A DNA stretch of 64,000 nucleotides from an uncultured Verrucomicrobiae bacterium (GTDB lineage: Bacteria; Chlamydiota; Chlamydiia; Chlamydiales; Rhabdochlamydiaceae): positions 1 to 64,000 of the forward strand of contig CAWDYW010000001.1 in the NCBI GenBank assembly GCA_963806855.1, in the 5' to 3' direction. A program made the translations under genes and the position numbers. The notes under the pieces were generated by a model. The model was not told where the DNA came from and searched no databases. It saw nothing but the letters and a program-made list of their open reading frames with translations. Below, in pieces: positions 1 through 10,316 of this stretch. The stretch's first letter is position 1; each line of letters opens with the position of its first letter.

Positions 1-492
1 TAATGTTATTGCCAACTCGTTCAGTTACGTATTGCTCACAGGATTTGAAGAGATCCCTGCAGACGAGCAGCCTCCCATCCAAATTGTCTTCCAAGCTTAC
101 CATATGATGATCTACATGTGGGGCCTGATGGTCCTGGGTGCTGCGGCAGGGCTTTTTCTCATGCGCAAGAAAAAACTCAAAATGCCAAGTGGGTCCTCCG
201 TTTTCTGGTCATTTCAGTTGCCTTTCCCCAAATCGCCAACCAGGTGGGTGGATCACAGCAGGAATAGGACGTCAGCCGTGATCGTCTGGAAACTCTAAGA
301 ACCACCCATGGCGTTTCCCCAGGCATCGTCTCCAGTCAAGTGCTGGCATCCCTGATTATGTTGGCAGTGATTTATTGCGGACTGCTCGCCGTTTTCCTCA
401 CCCTTCTCGATAAAAAAATCAAGCATGGCCCTGAAACGGCTGAAGAGGCTGCACCTGTCTATTCTGATCCATTCAAGAGGACTCAAAAATGA
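1..492 (+). CDS. cydA: Cytochrome bd ubiquinol oxidase subunit I, C-terminal part (partial, frameshifted)
   Basis: ORF 32..298 has the CydA-like PP..IVFQAYHMMIYMWGLM segment; lies directly upstream of cydB; the frame breaks after ~180; end coordinate approximate. Confidence 0.8.
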
Positions 493-1506
493 CATTGGAT
501 GTCCTTTTTTACTGCGTCATCATTTTAGCCATGATCTGCTATGCCATGCTCGACGGCTTCGATTTGGGCGTAGGAATTCTCTACCTCTTCACGAAAAACG
601 ATGAAGAGCGGCGCGTATTCCTCAATGCCATCGGCCCAGTCTGGGATGGAAACGAAGTATGGCTCGTCATCGTCGTCGGCGCCCTCTTTGCTGGGTTTCC
701 CGATGTCTATGCCGTCATCCTCTCCACTTTTTATATCCCGACCATGCTTTTCTTAGTCGGCCTCATCACCCGCGCCGTCTCAATCGAATTCCGCAGTAAA
801 AGAGAATCAAAATTCTGGCGGCACACTTGGGATATTTTGTTTGCCTCAGGTAGCGTTGGTATTGCTTTTGGAGTCGGTGTCGCTCTTGGCAATATCATTC
901 AAGGTATCCCCCTCGATGAGAATCACCTTTTTGTCGGAACAGTTAAAGACTTTATCAGCCCTTACGCCATCCTCATCGGGACCACCACCATGGCCCTGTT
1001 CGCCATGCATGGTTCAATCTACCTCGTCATGAAAACCGAAGGAGAACTCCACAATCGGATCAAGCGCTGGGTCCCCTTACGATCATGCTCTTTATTTTCA
1101 CCTACCTGATGACCACCTATAGCACCCTCTATGACAAACCCTATATGCTCGGCCACATGCTCGACCACCCCTTCCTCTTCCTCGTCCCGGTCATCGGATT
1201 TTTCGCGATCATTCACAGTCCCATTCCTCATGAAAAAGGGAATGGATGGATGGGCCTTTATTTCCTCTTGTTTAAGCATCGCTTTCCTCCTCCTTAGCTG
1301 CGATCGGCACCTTCCCCTATATGGTCCGCTCTACCGTGGACCCCGAAAACAACTCCCTCCTCATCTATAACTCCGCTCCTTCAGAATTGACCATGAAGGT
1401 CTTGCTCATTATCGTGGCCATAGGAATCCCTTTAGTGCTCGGCTATGGCTTCTTTATCTACCGGACCTTCCGAGGCAAAGTTAAAGTCGAGACCCACAGT
1501 TATTAG
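489..1506 (+). CDS. cydB: Cytochrome bd oxidase subunit II (frameshifted over several ORFs)
   Basis: YAMLDGFDLGVG and IGPVWDGNEVWL motifs; the C-terminus continues in ORFs 1085..1297, 1131..1370 and 1321..1506 (YRTFRGKV). Confidence 0.92.
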
Positions 1507-1570
1507 AATTTTTTTATCATCTTCCAATTTACAAATAATTCAAATTATCTTACATTTTTAAGTCAAGTCA

Positions 1571-3208
1571 ATGAGGTAGGCTGCCATCCAACAAATTCTC
1601 TTATTCCTAACGATTTTATTCCTCTTCTGCAATGGCTATAAAAGCCGAGCCTCTTTCCCTATCACCCAAAAGCCAAACCTCAATATCCCCTCCGATCCCG
1701 ACACATTGGATCCTCGCAAAGGGGGCAATATCAGCTCTTCTCTATTCCACTTTTTACTATTATTGATGGCCTAGTCCGCTTGGACGGGGACAAATAGAGG
1801 ACGTGTGAAGATGGCTCTGGCAGAGAATTGAAATCTCCAAAGACAACCGGATCATACCTTTTATCTACGAGAGGCCTTTTGGTCTGATAGGAACTCCGAT
1901 TACCGCCTGGGATTTGAGAAATCCTGGAAAGACATCCTCAACCCCGATTCCCAGCGATGAATGCCCATCTGTTCTATCCGATCAAGAATGCCGAAGGGGC
2001 AAAAATGGGAAAAGCCTCCCTTTCAGAGGTAGGAATCTGATCACTCGATGCCCGGGTACTCGAAGTGACCTTGGAAAATCCGACCCCCTATTTTCTAGAG
2101 CTAGTCTCATTCTGCGTCTTCTACCCTGTCAATTCTGAAATCGATCATACCAACCCCGATTGGTCAATGCAGCCTGGGAAAACATTCCTCTGCCAAGCGG
2201 CCCTTTGCCTTCAAGGAATGGAAAAGGAACAACACCATCGTCCTCGAGAAAAACCCCCATTATTTCAAAGCCAATGAGGTGATCCTCGAAGAGATCAACT
2301 TCAGCATGATCGATAGCGAAATGACCGCCTTGCAAATGTACGAAAAAGGGCAAATCGATATCTTGGGCCAACCGCTCATCCCTATCTCCACCGACGCCAT
2401 TAACGACCTCAGAATAAAAGAAATACTGCAGATCAATCAAATCCCAGCGACCACATTTTGCACCTTCAACGTCGATCGCTTTCCCTTCAACAATGCCAAT
2501 ATCCGCAAGGCATTTTGCTATGCGATCAATCGAGAAGAAATCGTCCGGAATATCACACAGCTCAACGAACAGCCCGCCCTTGGCATCATCCCGCCCCTCC
2601 TCAAACGGCGAGGCAACCGCGACCACTTTTTTAAAGATGCAGATATCGAATCGGCCCGCGCCCTCTTCCGAAAAGGGCTCCAAGAGCTCAATATCTCTGC
2701 AGAGGATTTCCCAGCGGTTAAATATACCTACTCAAGAGCCGAATCCAACCACAAGATCGCCCAAGCGCTGCAACAGCAGTGGTATGAAGCTTTAGGCGTC
2801 TATGTAGAGCTCGAGAGCATCGACAAAAAATTCCTCCTCCATTTGCTCAAGGGGCGCAATTATCAAATGGCCCAGAATTTTTGGATGGCCCAGTACCGCG
2901 ATCCCTTCAATATCTTCGAGCGCTTTAAATACAAAGAAAACGTCAAAAATTACCCCAATTGGGAAAACGAGACCTATACTGAGCTGCTCAAAAAATCCTG
3001 CGAGGCCCGTTCCGATAAAGAGCGTTTTGCCCTCCTCGATCAAGCAGAGGCAATTTTCCTCGATGAAATGCCTCTTGCCCCCATTTTCCATTGGAATGCG
3101 GCCTACATCGCAAAACCCTATGTGAAGAGCATTGGACTTGCCCCCATAGGCAACGGCTTTTTTGAACGAGTCTATATCGATGTCGATGCTAAAGAAGCTA
3201 TTCGTTAG
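1571..3208 (+). CDS. oppA: Oligopeptide ABC transporter substrate-binding protein (5' half frameshifted)
   Basis: DPDTLDPRKGG near 1695; fragments VTLENPTPYFLEL and LEKNPHY; intact 2279..3208 with PFNNANIRKAFCYAINREEI; start approximate. Confidence 0.85.
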
Positions 3209-3917
3209 CCTCCTATTCTCCCTCTCACTCACCGCCAGCCCCATCTACTTTTGGAAAGATAAAGTCATTAAACCAGTCGAGCCCGATTGCATCAACCACC
3301 GCGCTTACATCCCCTGCAGCCGCACCGCCCAAGCAGAAGCCCTCGCATATGCCATTGCCCAGATCCTTGGACTTGGCCATTTGACCCCTGAAACACACCT
3401 AGCCCTCATCCCCATCGACGGCGTCGAAAAGCTCTGCTCCGTCCAACAATATCTTCCCAACATCGAAAACCTGCGCGACCTAGCTGTTGAGTGGCTAAAA
3501 GCAGACCTGTCAGATGCAACTCTCTTAACCCTAATCGATCCGACCGATTTTGAAGACCTATTTCTGCTCATTTTGCTCTTCTACGACACAGACGCCCATG
3601 CAAACAACATCTACGCCCGCAAAGATGACTCAGGGATCTATCACCTCATCAAACTCGACAACGGCCTCACCTTTCCCGACAAAAACCGACAGCTCTTCAA
3701 CGCCCTCTACCTTCTCCCCCAGGCGCGAAAAAAGTTCTCCCCCCAAGCTATCGAGCGGATCCAAACCCTCCCCATGGAAAAACTGGCTGAGAAATTCATC
3801 GAATTTGAGATGCAGGATGCCTACGGAGCATTTGTAGAGCGGGTCGAAAACCTCAAGCAGTTAACCGATTATTCGATGAGAGAGATCGATATCCACTTCC
3901 GAAAATTAGAGAGGTAG
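3186..3917 (+). CDS. Putative secreted PI3/PI4-kinase-like protein
   Basis: Signal-like N-terminus MLKKLFVSLLFSLSLTASP; motifs EALAY, SVQQY, DTDAHANNI and KLDNGLTFP resemble the type II PI4K/HipA-like catalytic loop and DxG motif. Confidence 0.65.
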   Translation: MLKKLFVSLLFSLSLTASPIYFWKDKVIKPVEPDCINHRAYIPCSRTAQAEALAYAIAQILGLGHLTPETHLALIPIDGVEKLCSVQQYLPNIENLRDLAVEWLKADLSDATLLTLIDPTDFEDLFLLILLFYDTDAHANNIYARKDDSGIYHLIKLDNGLTFPDKNRQLFNALYLLPQARKKFSPQAIERIQTLPMEKLAEKFIEFEMQDAYGAFVERVENLKQLTDYSMREIDIHFRKLER

Positions 3918-4082
3918 TTACAAAACTCAGGGTTCGTCGATTTTCGGGATTATTTTGGCCGATTTTCGATTCAAATTCGGGGGGTAATATCAGCCTCCCG
4001 CATATGACCCCCCGAATTTGAATCGAAAATCGGCTCAAAAGAACCCGAAAATCGACTGAACCTGTGTTTTGCAACTACCTCT
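3910..4082. mobile_element. Palindromic MITE-like element, core type A
   Basis: Arms AGAGGTAGTTACAAAAC..GTTTTGCAACTACCTCT; inner perfect stem GATTTTCGATTCAAATTCGG/CCGAATTTGAATCGAAAATC; core repeated at 15119-15246. Confidence 0.85.
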
Positions 4083-4087
4083 AGAGG

Positions 4088-4741
4088 CTAAATAGAACTA
4101 ACTAAAGCCTTTTTGGGCATATATTCTGCTGGACGAGACACAGAAATTAATCTAGAAGGATCATATACGACTAATGGTAGCAAACACCGTTCAAGATGTT
4201 CTATGCGCACTTTCGTTTTGTCAGATGATGCATTGATCAGTTCATTGCTATGAAAATAAAGAGGGGGGACAGCAGTAGTCACTCGCTTTTCAGGGAATCG
4301 TTTTCTGATCATGCGAATTGCTGGTGCTATATCCGAATCATTGGAAATAACTATCGCACGGTCAAATTCATTTTGATAAGCCAAATCGAGAAGAAAAAGG
4401 GCAATATTGACATCCGTTTCCTTTTCTTCATGACCGATCCAATTATATTGGCATCTTGAACATTTTCTCACCTTCTTTTTAAAATGTCCTAGGATAGGTT
4501 TAACTCCATTTAGCTCCAATGCTTTCAGATAGGCGCACTGTCTTTTTTGTACAGATTCATTCATATGTTCTGCAAGAGCGGAAAAATAAAATACATTGAT
4601 GAGTTCTTCTGACTTATTTTTTAAATACACCTGAGAGAGAGACTTTAAATTGACCCAATTCAATTCAGGGCGATCGAGATTATTTATTGCATGATAAAGA
4701 TTAAAACCATCGATAAAAGAAATGACTCGCTGCCGTCGCAT
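4088..4741 (-). CDS. NYN (LabA/DUF88, PIN-like) domain nuclease
   Basis: FIDGFNLYH, EKETDVNIA and ISNDSDIAP acidic motifs plus CxxC. Confidence 0.88.
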   Translation of the reverse strand: MRRQRVISFIDGFNLYHAINNLDRPELNWVNLKSLSQVYLKNKSEELINVFYFSALAEHMNESVQKRQCAYLKALELNGVKPILGHFKKKVRKCSRCQYNWIGHEEKETDVNIALFLLDLAYQNEFDRAIVISNDSDIAPAIRMIRKRFPEKRVTTAVPPLYFHSNELINASSDKTKVRIEHLERCLLPLVVYDPSRLISVSRPAEYMPKKALVSSI

Positions 4742-4753
4742 TTTCCTTCCACA

Positions 4754-4788
4754 TAAAAAGAAACCACGAGCCGGGGCCCGTGGCTTTC
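4754..4788 (-). terminator. Rho-independent terminator-like hairpin just upstream of the NYN start
   Basis: Minus-strand RNA AGCCACGGGC-CCCG-GCUCGUGGUU followed by UCUUUUU. Confidence 0.65.
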
Positions 4789-4858
4789 GTATGGGGTCAC
4801 CATACGGGATGTTTGACCATTATAGCTATAGGTTTTAATTTTCGTATATCAGAAAATT

Positions 4859-5485
4859 CTATTTTTGCAAAAGCTGGAGCACTTCATCATCTGTCACTTG
4901 GGGGAAATTCTTATAGAAGGCCCCAACAGCATAAAAGGCAGAGGGGGCATATAAACAGATCACTTCATCGACCTCGCGGCTCATCTCCTTCAAGCTTTCG
5001 GGAGCGGCGACCGGCACAGCCAAAACCACCCTCCCAGCCTGCTTTGCTTTTGCCACCTGAATCGCCACCTTCATGCTCGCACCCGTTGCGATCCCATCAT
5101 CGACCAAAATCACCGTTTTTCCAGCCAAATCGACCGATTGATGCCCTTTCAGATAGCTCTTTCTCGCCTCTTTAATCTGCTCCTTTTTCCGCTCAATCTC
5201 TTTGCGTAAGTATTCCTTTGAGACCCCGAGCAAGGAGATCAAGTGATCGTTAAATACCCCGATCCCCTCCTCCGATACCGCCCCGAGGGCCAGCTCCTCA
5301 TTTTCGGGCGCCCCCACCTTTTTCACAATCATCACATCGAGCGGAAGACCCAAATCTTCTGCTACCTCTGCGGCAACAACAACCCCGCCGCGCACCAGCC
5401 CGATCACCACTGCATCCTCATCTCTGTAGTGCTGCAGCTTTGCGCTCAATTGCTTCCCAGCATCATGTCGATCACGAAAAATCAT
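4859..5485 (-). CDS. Type I phosphoribosyltransferase family protein
   Basis: FRDRHDAG N-terminus and PRPP-binding VILVDDGIATGAS. Confidence 0.9.
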   Translation of the reverse strand: MIFRDRHDAGKQLSAKLQHYRDEDAVVIGLVRGGVVVAAEVAEDLGLPLDVMIVKKVGAPENEELALGAVSEEGIGVFNDHLISLLGVSKEYLRKEIERKKEQIKEARKSYLKGHQSVDLAGKTVILVDDGIATGASMKVAIQVAKAKQAGRVVLAVPVAAPESLKEMSREVDEVICLYAPSAFYAVGAFYKNFPQVTDDEVLQLLQK

Positions 5486-5547
5486 ATTTTCTTAGGATAC
5501 CGCAACCGTTTGATTTAAAAAAATCCCATTTCGCGTATTCTAGGATT

Positions 5548-6387
5548 ATGCGCTTACTCTTCACCCTCATCACACTCGCAATCGGCGGCTATGGCTTCTT
5601 CTGGATGACAGACAAAAATCCAGATCTGAAGCAAAAAGTAGAAGAACTGCTCGATTTCCGCACCACGACGGCGCTAGAGACCCGTTTTGACTCTGCCCAA
5701 GTCATGGAGACCCATAACAAAAAGCTGCTCAAAGAGAAAGGGGCCCGCTACCTCGACCCCACCTTAAGATTTTTCCCCCACCTGCTTCTCGAAGTAAAAT
5801 ACTGCGATTCTAAAAAGAGGACCAAAGAGGGCTTTATCCTTTGGGATTTGACCGATGGGGAAATGGTGCTCAACACCAAGTCGTGGGACAAAACCCATGG
5901 ATTTGCCGACTGCATCCTCACCAATGCGACCAGCAATGAGATCAAGTTATTAAATCTTTTTGCGATCCAAGGGGGGACTTGCGAAACGGCCACCCTACTC
6001 AAGAAAGCCGAAATCGAACTGCCTCTGCTCGAAATTCTACTCCGCAGCTGTCTAAAAAAAAATCTAATAACCTCGCTCGGAAATAACAAATACCGGCTCC
6101 ATCTGGAAGATCCCAAGCTAGTGGTCAAGCCCGAGACCAAACTCCACGAGCAATTAACCACCCATTCCCATCGAAGAGTCGAGCGGGCGGCCAAGAACTT
6201 TAGCCGAGCCCAGGTCGAAAGACTGATCAAAATGTCCTTTGGGGAAGGTTTCTCCGTCCGTAGCGCCACGGAGCTCTATCTGCCGGTCCATCGGATCGTG
6301 ATCCAAAAGGCCGACGGATCGACCAAGACCGCCCATTTCAATGCCCTCACCGGCAAAGAACTGCCCCCCTCCAGCTTTTATCGCTGA
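5548..6387 (+). CDS. Hypothetical protein with N-terminal membrane anchor
   Basis: Long ORF; ATG 5548 followed by a hydrophobic segment. Confidence 0.75.
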   Translation: MRLLFTLITLAIGGYGFFWMTDKNPDLKQKVEELLDFRTTTALETRFDSAQVMETHNKKLLKEKGARYLDPTLRFFPHLLLEVKYCDSKKRTKEGFILWDLTDGEMVLNTKSWDKTHGFADCILTNATSNEIKLLNLFAIQGGTCETATLLKKAEIELPLLEILLRSCLKKNLITSLGNNKYRLHLEDPKLVVKPETKLHEQLTTHSHRRVERAAKNFSRAQVERLIKMSFGEGFSVRSATELYLPVHRIVIQKADGSTKTAHFNALTGKELPPSSFYR

Positions 6388-6423
6388 CAATAAAATCTCT
6401 TCGAGGTAAAATTCCTCCATTAT

Positions 6424-6512
6424 GGAAAGATGGCTGAGCGGCCGAAGGCACGTCCCTGCTAAGGACGCGTACTCCCTAAAGGGTACCGAGGGTTCAAATC
6501 CCTCTCTTTCCG
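6424..6512 (+). tRNA. tRNA-Ser(GCT)
   Basis: GGAAAGA/TCTTTCC acceptor stem, anticodon loop CTGCTAA, long variable arm, GGTTCAAATCC T-arm; no encoded CCA. Confidence 0.95.
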
Positions 6513-6723
6513 AAAAAGCACAAAACCCCCGCCATTTGCCCACGTCTTTCCTATTAAGCGTTATCCTTGGGCAAATGGTGGGGGTTTGTGCTTTTCGGAA
6601 AGAAAGAACCAAAAAGTTTTGGTTCTGGGAGGGATTTGAAGCCCCGAACCTTGTGCGAAGCACGGTGAGGGGCCGGCCCGATGAGCCGAGACGCAGTCCT
6701 GCGAAGAGGGCAAACCCTCTCTT
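6506..6723. repeat. tRNA-linked inverted-repeat structure
   Basis: ~35 bp arms 6506-6542 and 6568-6602; antisense T-arm copy 6629-6640; degenerate sense copy 6707-6723. Confidence 0.7.
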
Positions 6724-7685
6724 TATTCTTCAAACCAATCGGCGATGAGATCAATGCGGCCGGGGTAGTTATTTAGGCAATGATCCCCACCAGGGATCTC
6801 GAGATAGGTAACTGGACTTTCAGTGAGGCTACTGACCATATTTAACCCTTCGTTGAGACTGATCCGGAGGTCGTGTGTTCCTTGAAGAATTAAAATCGGG
6901 AGATCTTTTCGTAGGGATTTAGCATTTGCGACTGGATTTCGAAGGCGAATCCACTCTTCCTCATTTTCTTCTGGGATGAGGCCGAACTCACGAATGAACA
7001 TGGCACGCATGTCGGGTCGATAAGCCATACACGCACGCAGCTCGAGCAGCCCTGAGAGCGAGGCAGCCTTGTCTACTTGATATTGAGGATTGCGACTGAG
7101 CGTTAAGAACATTTCCATCCCACCGCGACTTCCGCCGAGCATAAAGATCTTTTTCGGTTCGAATTCAAGCCCTAATTTTGCTTGCAGGATGGGGAAGTAG
7201 GCGATCAAATTATCCACATCGCTCACCTCAGCGCCGCCAAATTCATCGACCCCTTCCGAAACGCCACCTCGATAGGTTGTCATCAGGATAGTATAATTGC
7301 GCATGCAGGTAAAATCATTGGCCGGGTGCATCAATCCTAAAAAGCGATTTCCTCCTCGCAGAAATATAAGGAGAGGATTTTCAGGAGAAACAAAACTTAA
7401 GATTCCTTTTACTTGGAATCCATCGCTCGGGTATCTGAATAGAAAAAATCGCCTCTGCGTTGCCTGGATAAGGCGTTTGATTGATTCATCTGTCATCTCG
7501 CTTTGCAAAATCGCATCGGTGATCTCTCTCCAATCTTCTCCCTCATCGAGAGCATAAAACTGAGCTGCGAGACTTAGGCCACGCGCTAAAAATTTTTCCG
7601 ACTCTTCTTTTAAAATCTCTGATCTTGTCTTCTCATTAGAGTGAAGTGAAAATAGAACTAGAATGAATAAATAAAATAATCTCAT
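6723..7685 (-). CDS. Secreted alpha/beta hydrolase (S9 peptidase-like)
   Basis: Signal peptide; GGSRGG nucleophile motif; LQGTHD and GGDH triad motifs. Confidence 0.85.
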   Translation of the reverse strand: MRLFYLFILVLFSLHSNEKTRSEILKEESEKFLARGLSLAAQFYALDEGEDWREITDAILQSEMTDESIKRLIQATQRRFFLFRYPSDGFQVKGILSFVSPENPLLIFLRGGNRFLGLMHPANDFTCMRNYTILMTTYRGGVSEGVDEFGGAEVSDVDNLIAYFPILQAKLGLEFEPKKIFMLGGSRGGMEMFLTLSRNPQYQVDKAASLSGLLELRACMAYRPDMRAMFIREFGLIPEENEEEWIRLRNPVANAKSLRKDLPILILQGTHDLRISLNEGLNMVSSLTESPVTYLEIPGGDHCLNNYPGRIDLIADWFEE

Positions 7686-7748
7686 AGCGCATATTTTACC
7701 TCACGATCCCCCTTCCCATCAACCGCTCTTTTGGTTACACTCGGTGAC

Positions 7749-9167
7749 ATGACTGAAAAAATGAAAGTTCCTCCCAATTCGAAAGAGTCGGAGATGATGG
7801 TGCTGGGATCGATGCTCAGCAACATCAACAGCTTGAATATCGCAGCGGATGCGCTCGATGATGCCGACTTCTACTATTCTGAGCACAAGACTGTTTTTGC
7901 AGCGCTGAAAAGTGCCTATCGCAATGATAAGCCAGCTGACGTCCACTTGATGGCAGAAGAGCTCAAGCGAGCAGGCAAACTGGAAAGCGTTGGTGGCATC
8001 GGCTATTTGACCACTTTGGCGCAGTATGCGGGGACCTCCGCCTATATCGAAGAGTATACCGAACTGGTGAAGAGCAAGGCGATTTTGCGACGTATGATCC
8101 TGGCGGCGCAACAGGTAGAAAAAGAGGCGCTCGAAGATCCACAGGATGTTTCTACTACACTCGACAGCGCACAGAAGAAGTTCTACGAGATTAGCCAGCA
8201 AACCAATTCCAAAGATGGGGTGACGATCGCCGATTTGCTTAGCGGCAAGAAAGCAACATCTGAAATGCCCTTTTTGGAAGCACTGCAAAAGAAACAGGAA
8301 CAGTATCGCAATCGAGATCCCGATGATCTGGGAATCAGCGGCATTTCGACCCACTTTATCGATTTTGATAAGATGGTCGGCGGATTTAATCAATCGAATT
8401 TGATGATTATTGCTGGTCGTCCAGCGATGGGAAAAACCGCTTTTGCAATCAATGTCGCTGAGAATATCTGCTTCAAAAATGGGATGCCGGTGGGGATTTT
8501 TTCCCTTGAGATGACCGCAGAGCAGCTCTTGCACAGGATTATCTGCTCACAAGCCGAAGTGGAATCGGACAAGATTAAAAATGGCTCGCTGAGCGGCGAA
8601 GAATATCAACGAATTGTATCGGTCGTCAATCATATCCAAAATTACACGATGGTGATCGACGATCAACCGGGGCTTAAAGTTACCGATCTGCGTGCGCGGG
8701 CCAGGCGGATGAAAGAGGTGTATGGAATTGAGTTTTTGGTGATCGACTATTTGCAGCTCATTTCCGGCTCTGGCAGTATCCGCAGCATGGAAAATAGGCA
8801 AAATGAGATCTCAGAAATTTCGCGCATGTTAAAGAATTTGGCGCGCGAATTAAACGTTCCTGTATTGTGCGCCTCTCAGCTATCGCGCAAGGTGGAGGAG
8901 CGGCAGGGGCATCGGCCGATGATGAGCGATCTGCGCGAGAGCGGATCGATCGAGCAGGATAGCGATCTGGTGATGTTTTTGCTGAGACGGGAATATTATG
9001 ATCCCTATGACAAACCTGGTATGGCCGAGCTGATCATCGCCAAGAACCGCCACGGCGCGGTAGGCGATGTCCACTTGACGTTTAGAAAAGAGCTGGGTCA
9101 GTTCGCTAACTATACGCCTATTCAGTCCCAAAAAGCAGACGATGCTTTTGCCTCTTTTAAGTCTTAA
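7749..9167 (+). CDS. dnaB: Replicative DNA helicase
   Basis: AGRPAMGKT Walker A, FSLEM, IDYLQL and SDLRESGSIEQDSD. Confidence 0.98.
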   Translation: MTEKMKVPPNSKESEMMVLGSMLSNINSLNIAADALDDADFYYSEHKTVFAALKSAYRNDKPADVHLMAEELKRAGKLESVGGIGYLTTLAQYAGTSAYIEEYTELVKSKAILRRMILAAQQVEKEALEDPQDVSTTLDSAQKKFYEISQQTNSKDGVTIADLLSGKKATSEMPFLEALQKKQEQYRNRDPDDLGISGISTHFIDFDKMVGGFNQSNLMIIAGRPAMGKTAFAINVAENICFKNGMPVGIFSLEMTAEQLLHRIICSQAEVESDKIKNGSLSGEEYQRIVSVVNHIQNYTMVIDDQPGLKVTDLRARARRMKEVYGIEFLVIDYLQLISGSGSIRSMENRQNEISEISRMLKNLARELNVPVLCASQLSRKVEERQGHRPMMSDLRESGSIEQDSDLVMFLLRREYYDPYDKPGMAELIIAKNRHGAVGDVHLTFRKELGQFANYTPIQSQKADDAFASFKS

Positions 9168-9183
9168 AATTGGGCACGGGGTA

Positions 9184-9347
9184 TATACCGAAACAACTTG
9201 AAGAATCGGGAATTCGACAAGGAGGCGGCACAAATTTTGGAGTCTGGAGCGAGCGACATTGTTCAAGAACAAGGCGCGAGTGAAGACCCAAAATTTTGGC
9301 CTAAGCCGACGCCGTTGAAAACCGATTCTTCATGTTGTTTCGGTATA
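9184..9347. mobile_element. Palindromic MITE-like element type B (TATACC...GGTATA ends)
   Basis: TATACCGAAACAACTTGAAGAATCGG..CCGATTCTTCATGTTGTTTCGGTATA terminal inverted repeats; partial copies at 11196-11237 and ~50142-50196. Confidence 0.85.
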
Positions 9348-10265
9348 TTATGAGGAAGAAGGATCGGTCATGTTTTCGATGATCTCTTCGAGGCCGGGCA
9401 AAAGTTCGGGGTATTGGACTTTCAACCAATCTTCAATCTTCTCGCCAACACGTAAGATCTCTCTTTGGTAGTAGGAGGGGTTTTGGGCAGCTTCATCGCG
9501 CACGACACGGCCCACATCAAAATGGATCACTTTATCGCCGACAAATCCATAATTGGGATTGATCGCAACATCTCGATCGATAAACCCTTTCTTGCATTGC
9601 TTGACAACATGTTTTAAGAGAATACTGAGAGAATCCAAGGCCCCTTTACGGTCCCCTTTTTGCATCTGGGCAGTAATTCTATCGAAGACAAGCTGAGCTT
9701 TCTTTTGCAAGATGAATTCATAGTCGTCGAGATTGATCTTATAGCAGCGGCGCATCCGGTCATAGAGCCGAACTTTAGAGTGGAGGTTTTTGGTTTTATT
9801 GAGGTGGATGAAGACTAGTCCAGTCTCTTCTTTAAGATCTTCAAAAGCCATTTTATAGCTTGTAAATAGCTCCTGGTGCCGTTGCATCCGTTTTTCAATT
9901 TTTTTGAATTTGTACTGCTCTAAACCAGGAAGGGGGATGAGTTTGAGCCAATTTTTGGGCGTGAGATTCCGAGTCCGGAAAAATTTGAGAACATATTTCC
10001 CATCCGCAGATTGAAAGGCGATGCACTCTTCGCCAGAACCGAGATAATTAAACTCTTGACAGAGGATTTCGCAGATTTCTTGGTTGTCAGCCTCTGATAG
10101 CTTGCTAATTGCCCATCTCCTACTCGGCTCGAACGTGGAACAGATTTTATCCAGAGAAAAACCGGGGGGATTGCGATTCAGCAGATAGATCGTCCCGACT
10201 AGTATAGAAAGGGAAAGCCCTAACGAAAGGATGAAAATTCTCCGATGGGTACTCATAGAGAACAA
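9348..10265 (-). CDS. Membrane-anchored hypothetical protein with kinase-like motifs
   Basis: YLGSGEECIAF, YVLKFF, DRD...NYGF and FDVG. Confidence 0.65.
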   Translation of the reverse strand: MFSMSTHRRIFILSLGLSLSILVGTIYLLNRNPPGFSLDKICSTFEPSRRWAISKLSEADNQEICEILCQEFNYLGSGEECIAFQSADGKYVLKFFRTRNLTPKNWLKLIPLPGLEQYKFKKIEKRMQRHQELFTSYKMAFEDLKEETGLVFIHLNKTKNLHSKVRLYDRMRRCYKINLDDYEFILQKKAQLVFDRITAQMQKGDRKGALDSLSILLKHVVKQCKKGFIDRDVAINPNYGFVGDKVIHFDVGRVVRDEAAQNPSYYQREILRVGEKIEDWLKVQYPELLPGLEEIIENMTDPSSS

Positions 10266-10316
10266 TCATCAGTTTTTTCGTGCTTTTTGGTCTAGGTTTT
10301 TTTTATAATCGGTGGG

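Noticed and set aside
1..2300. cydA, cydB and oppA as pseudogenes
   Set aside because: Indels are dense only at the window start and protein motifs are otherwise conserved, so consensus error is more likely; reads are needed to decide
3853..4074. ORF inside palindromic element A as a gene
   Set aside because: No RBS; it is a by-product of the element and its 5' part is not conserved in the second copy
6154..6754. ORFs 6154..6663, 6422..6748 and 6554..6754
   Set aside because: They overlap tRNA-Ser and its inverted repeats; spurious
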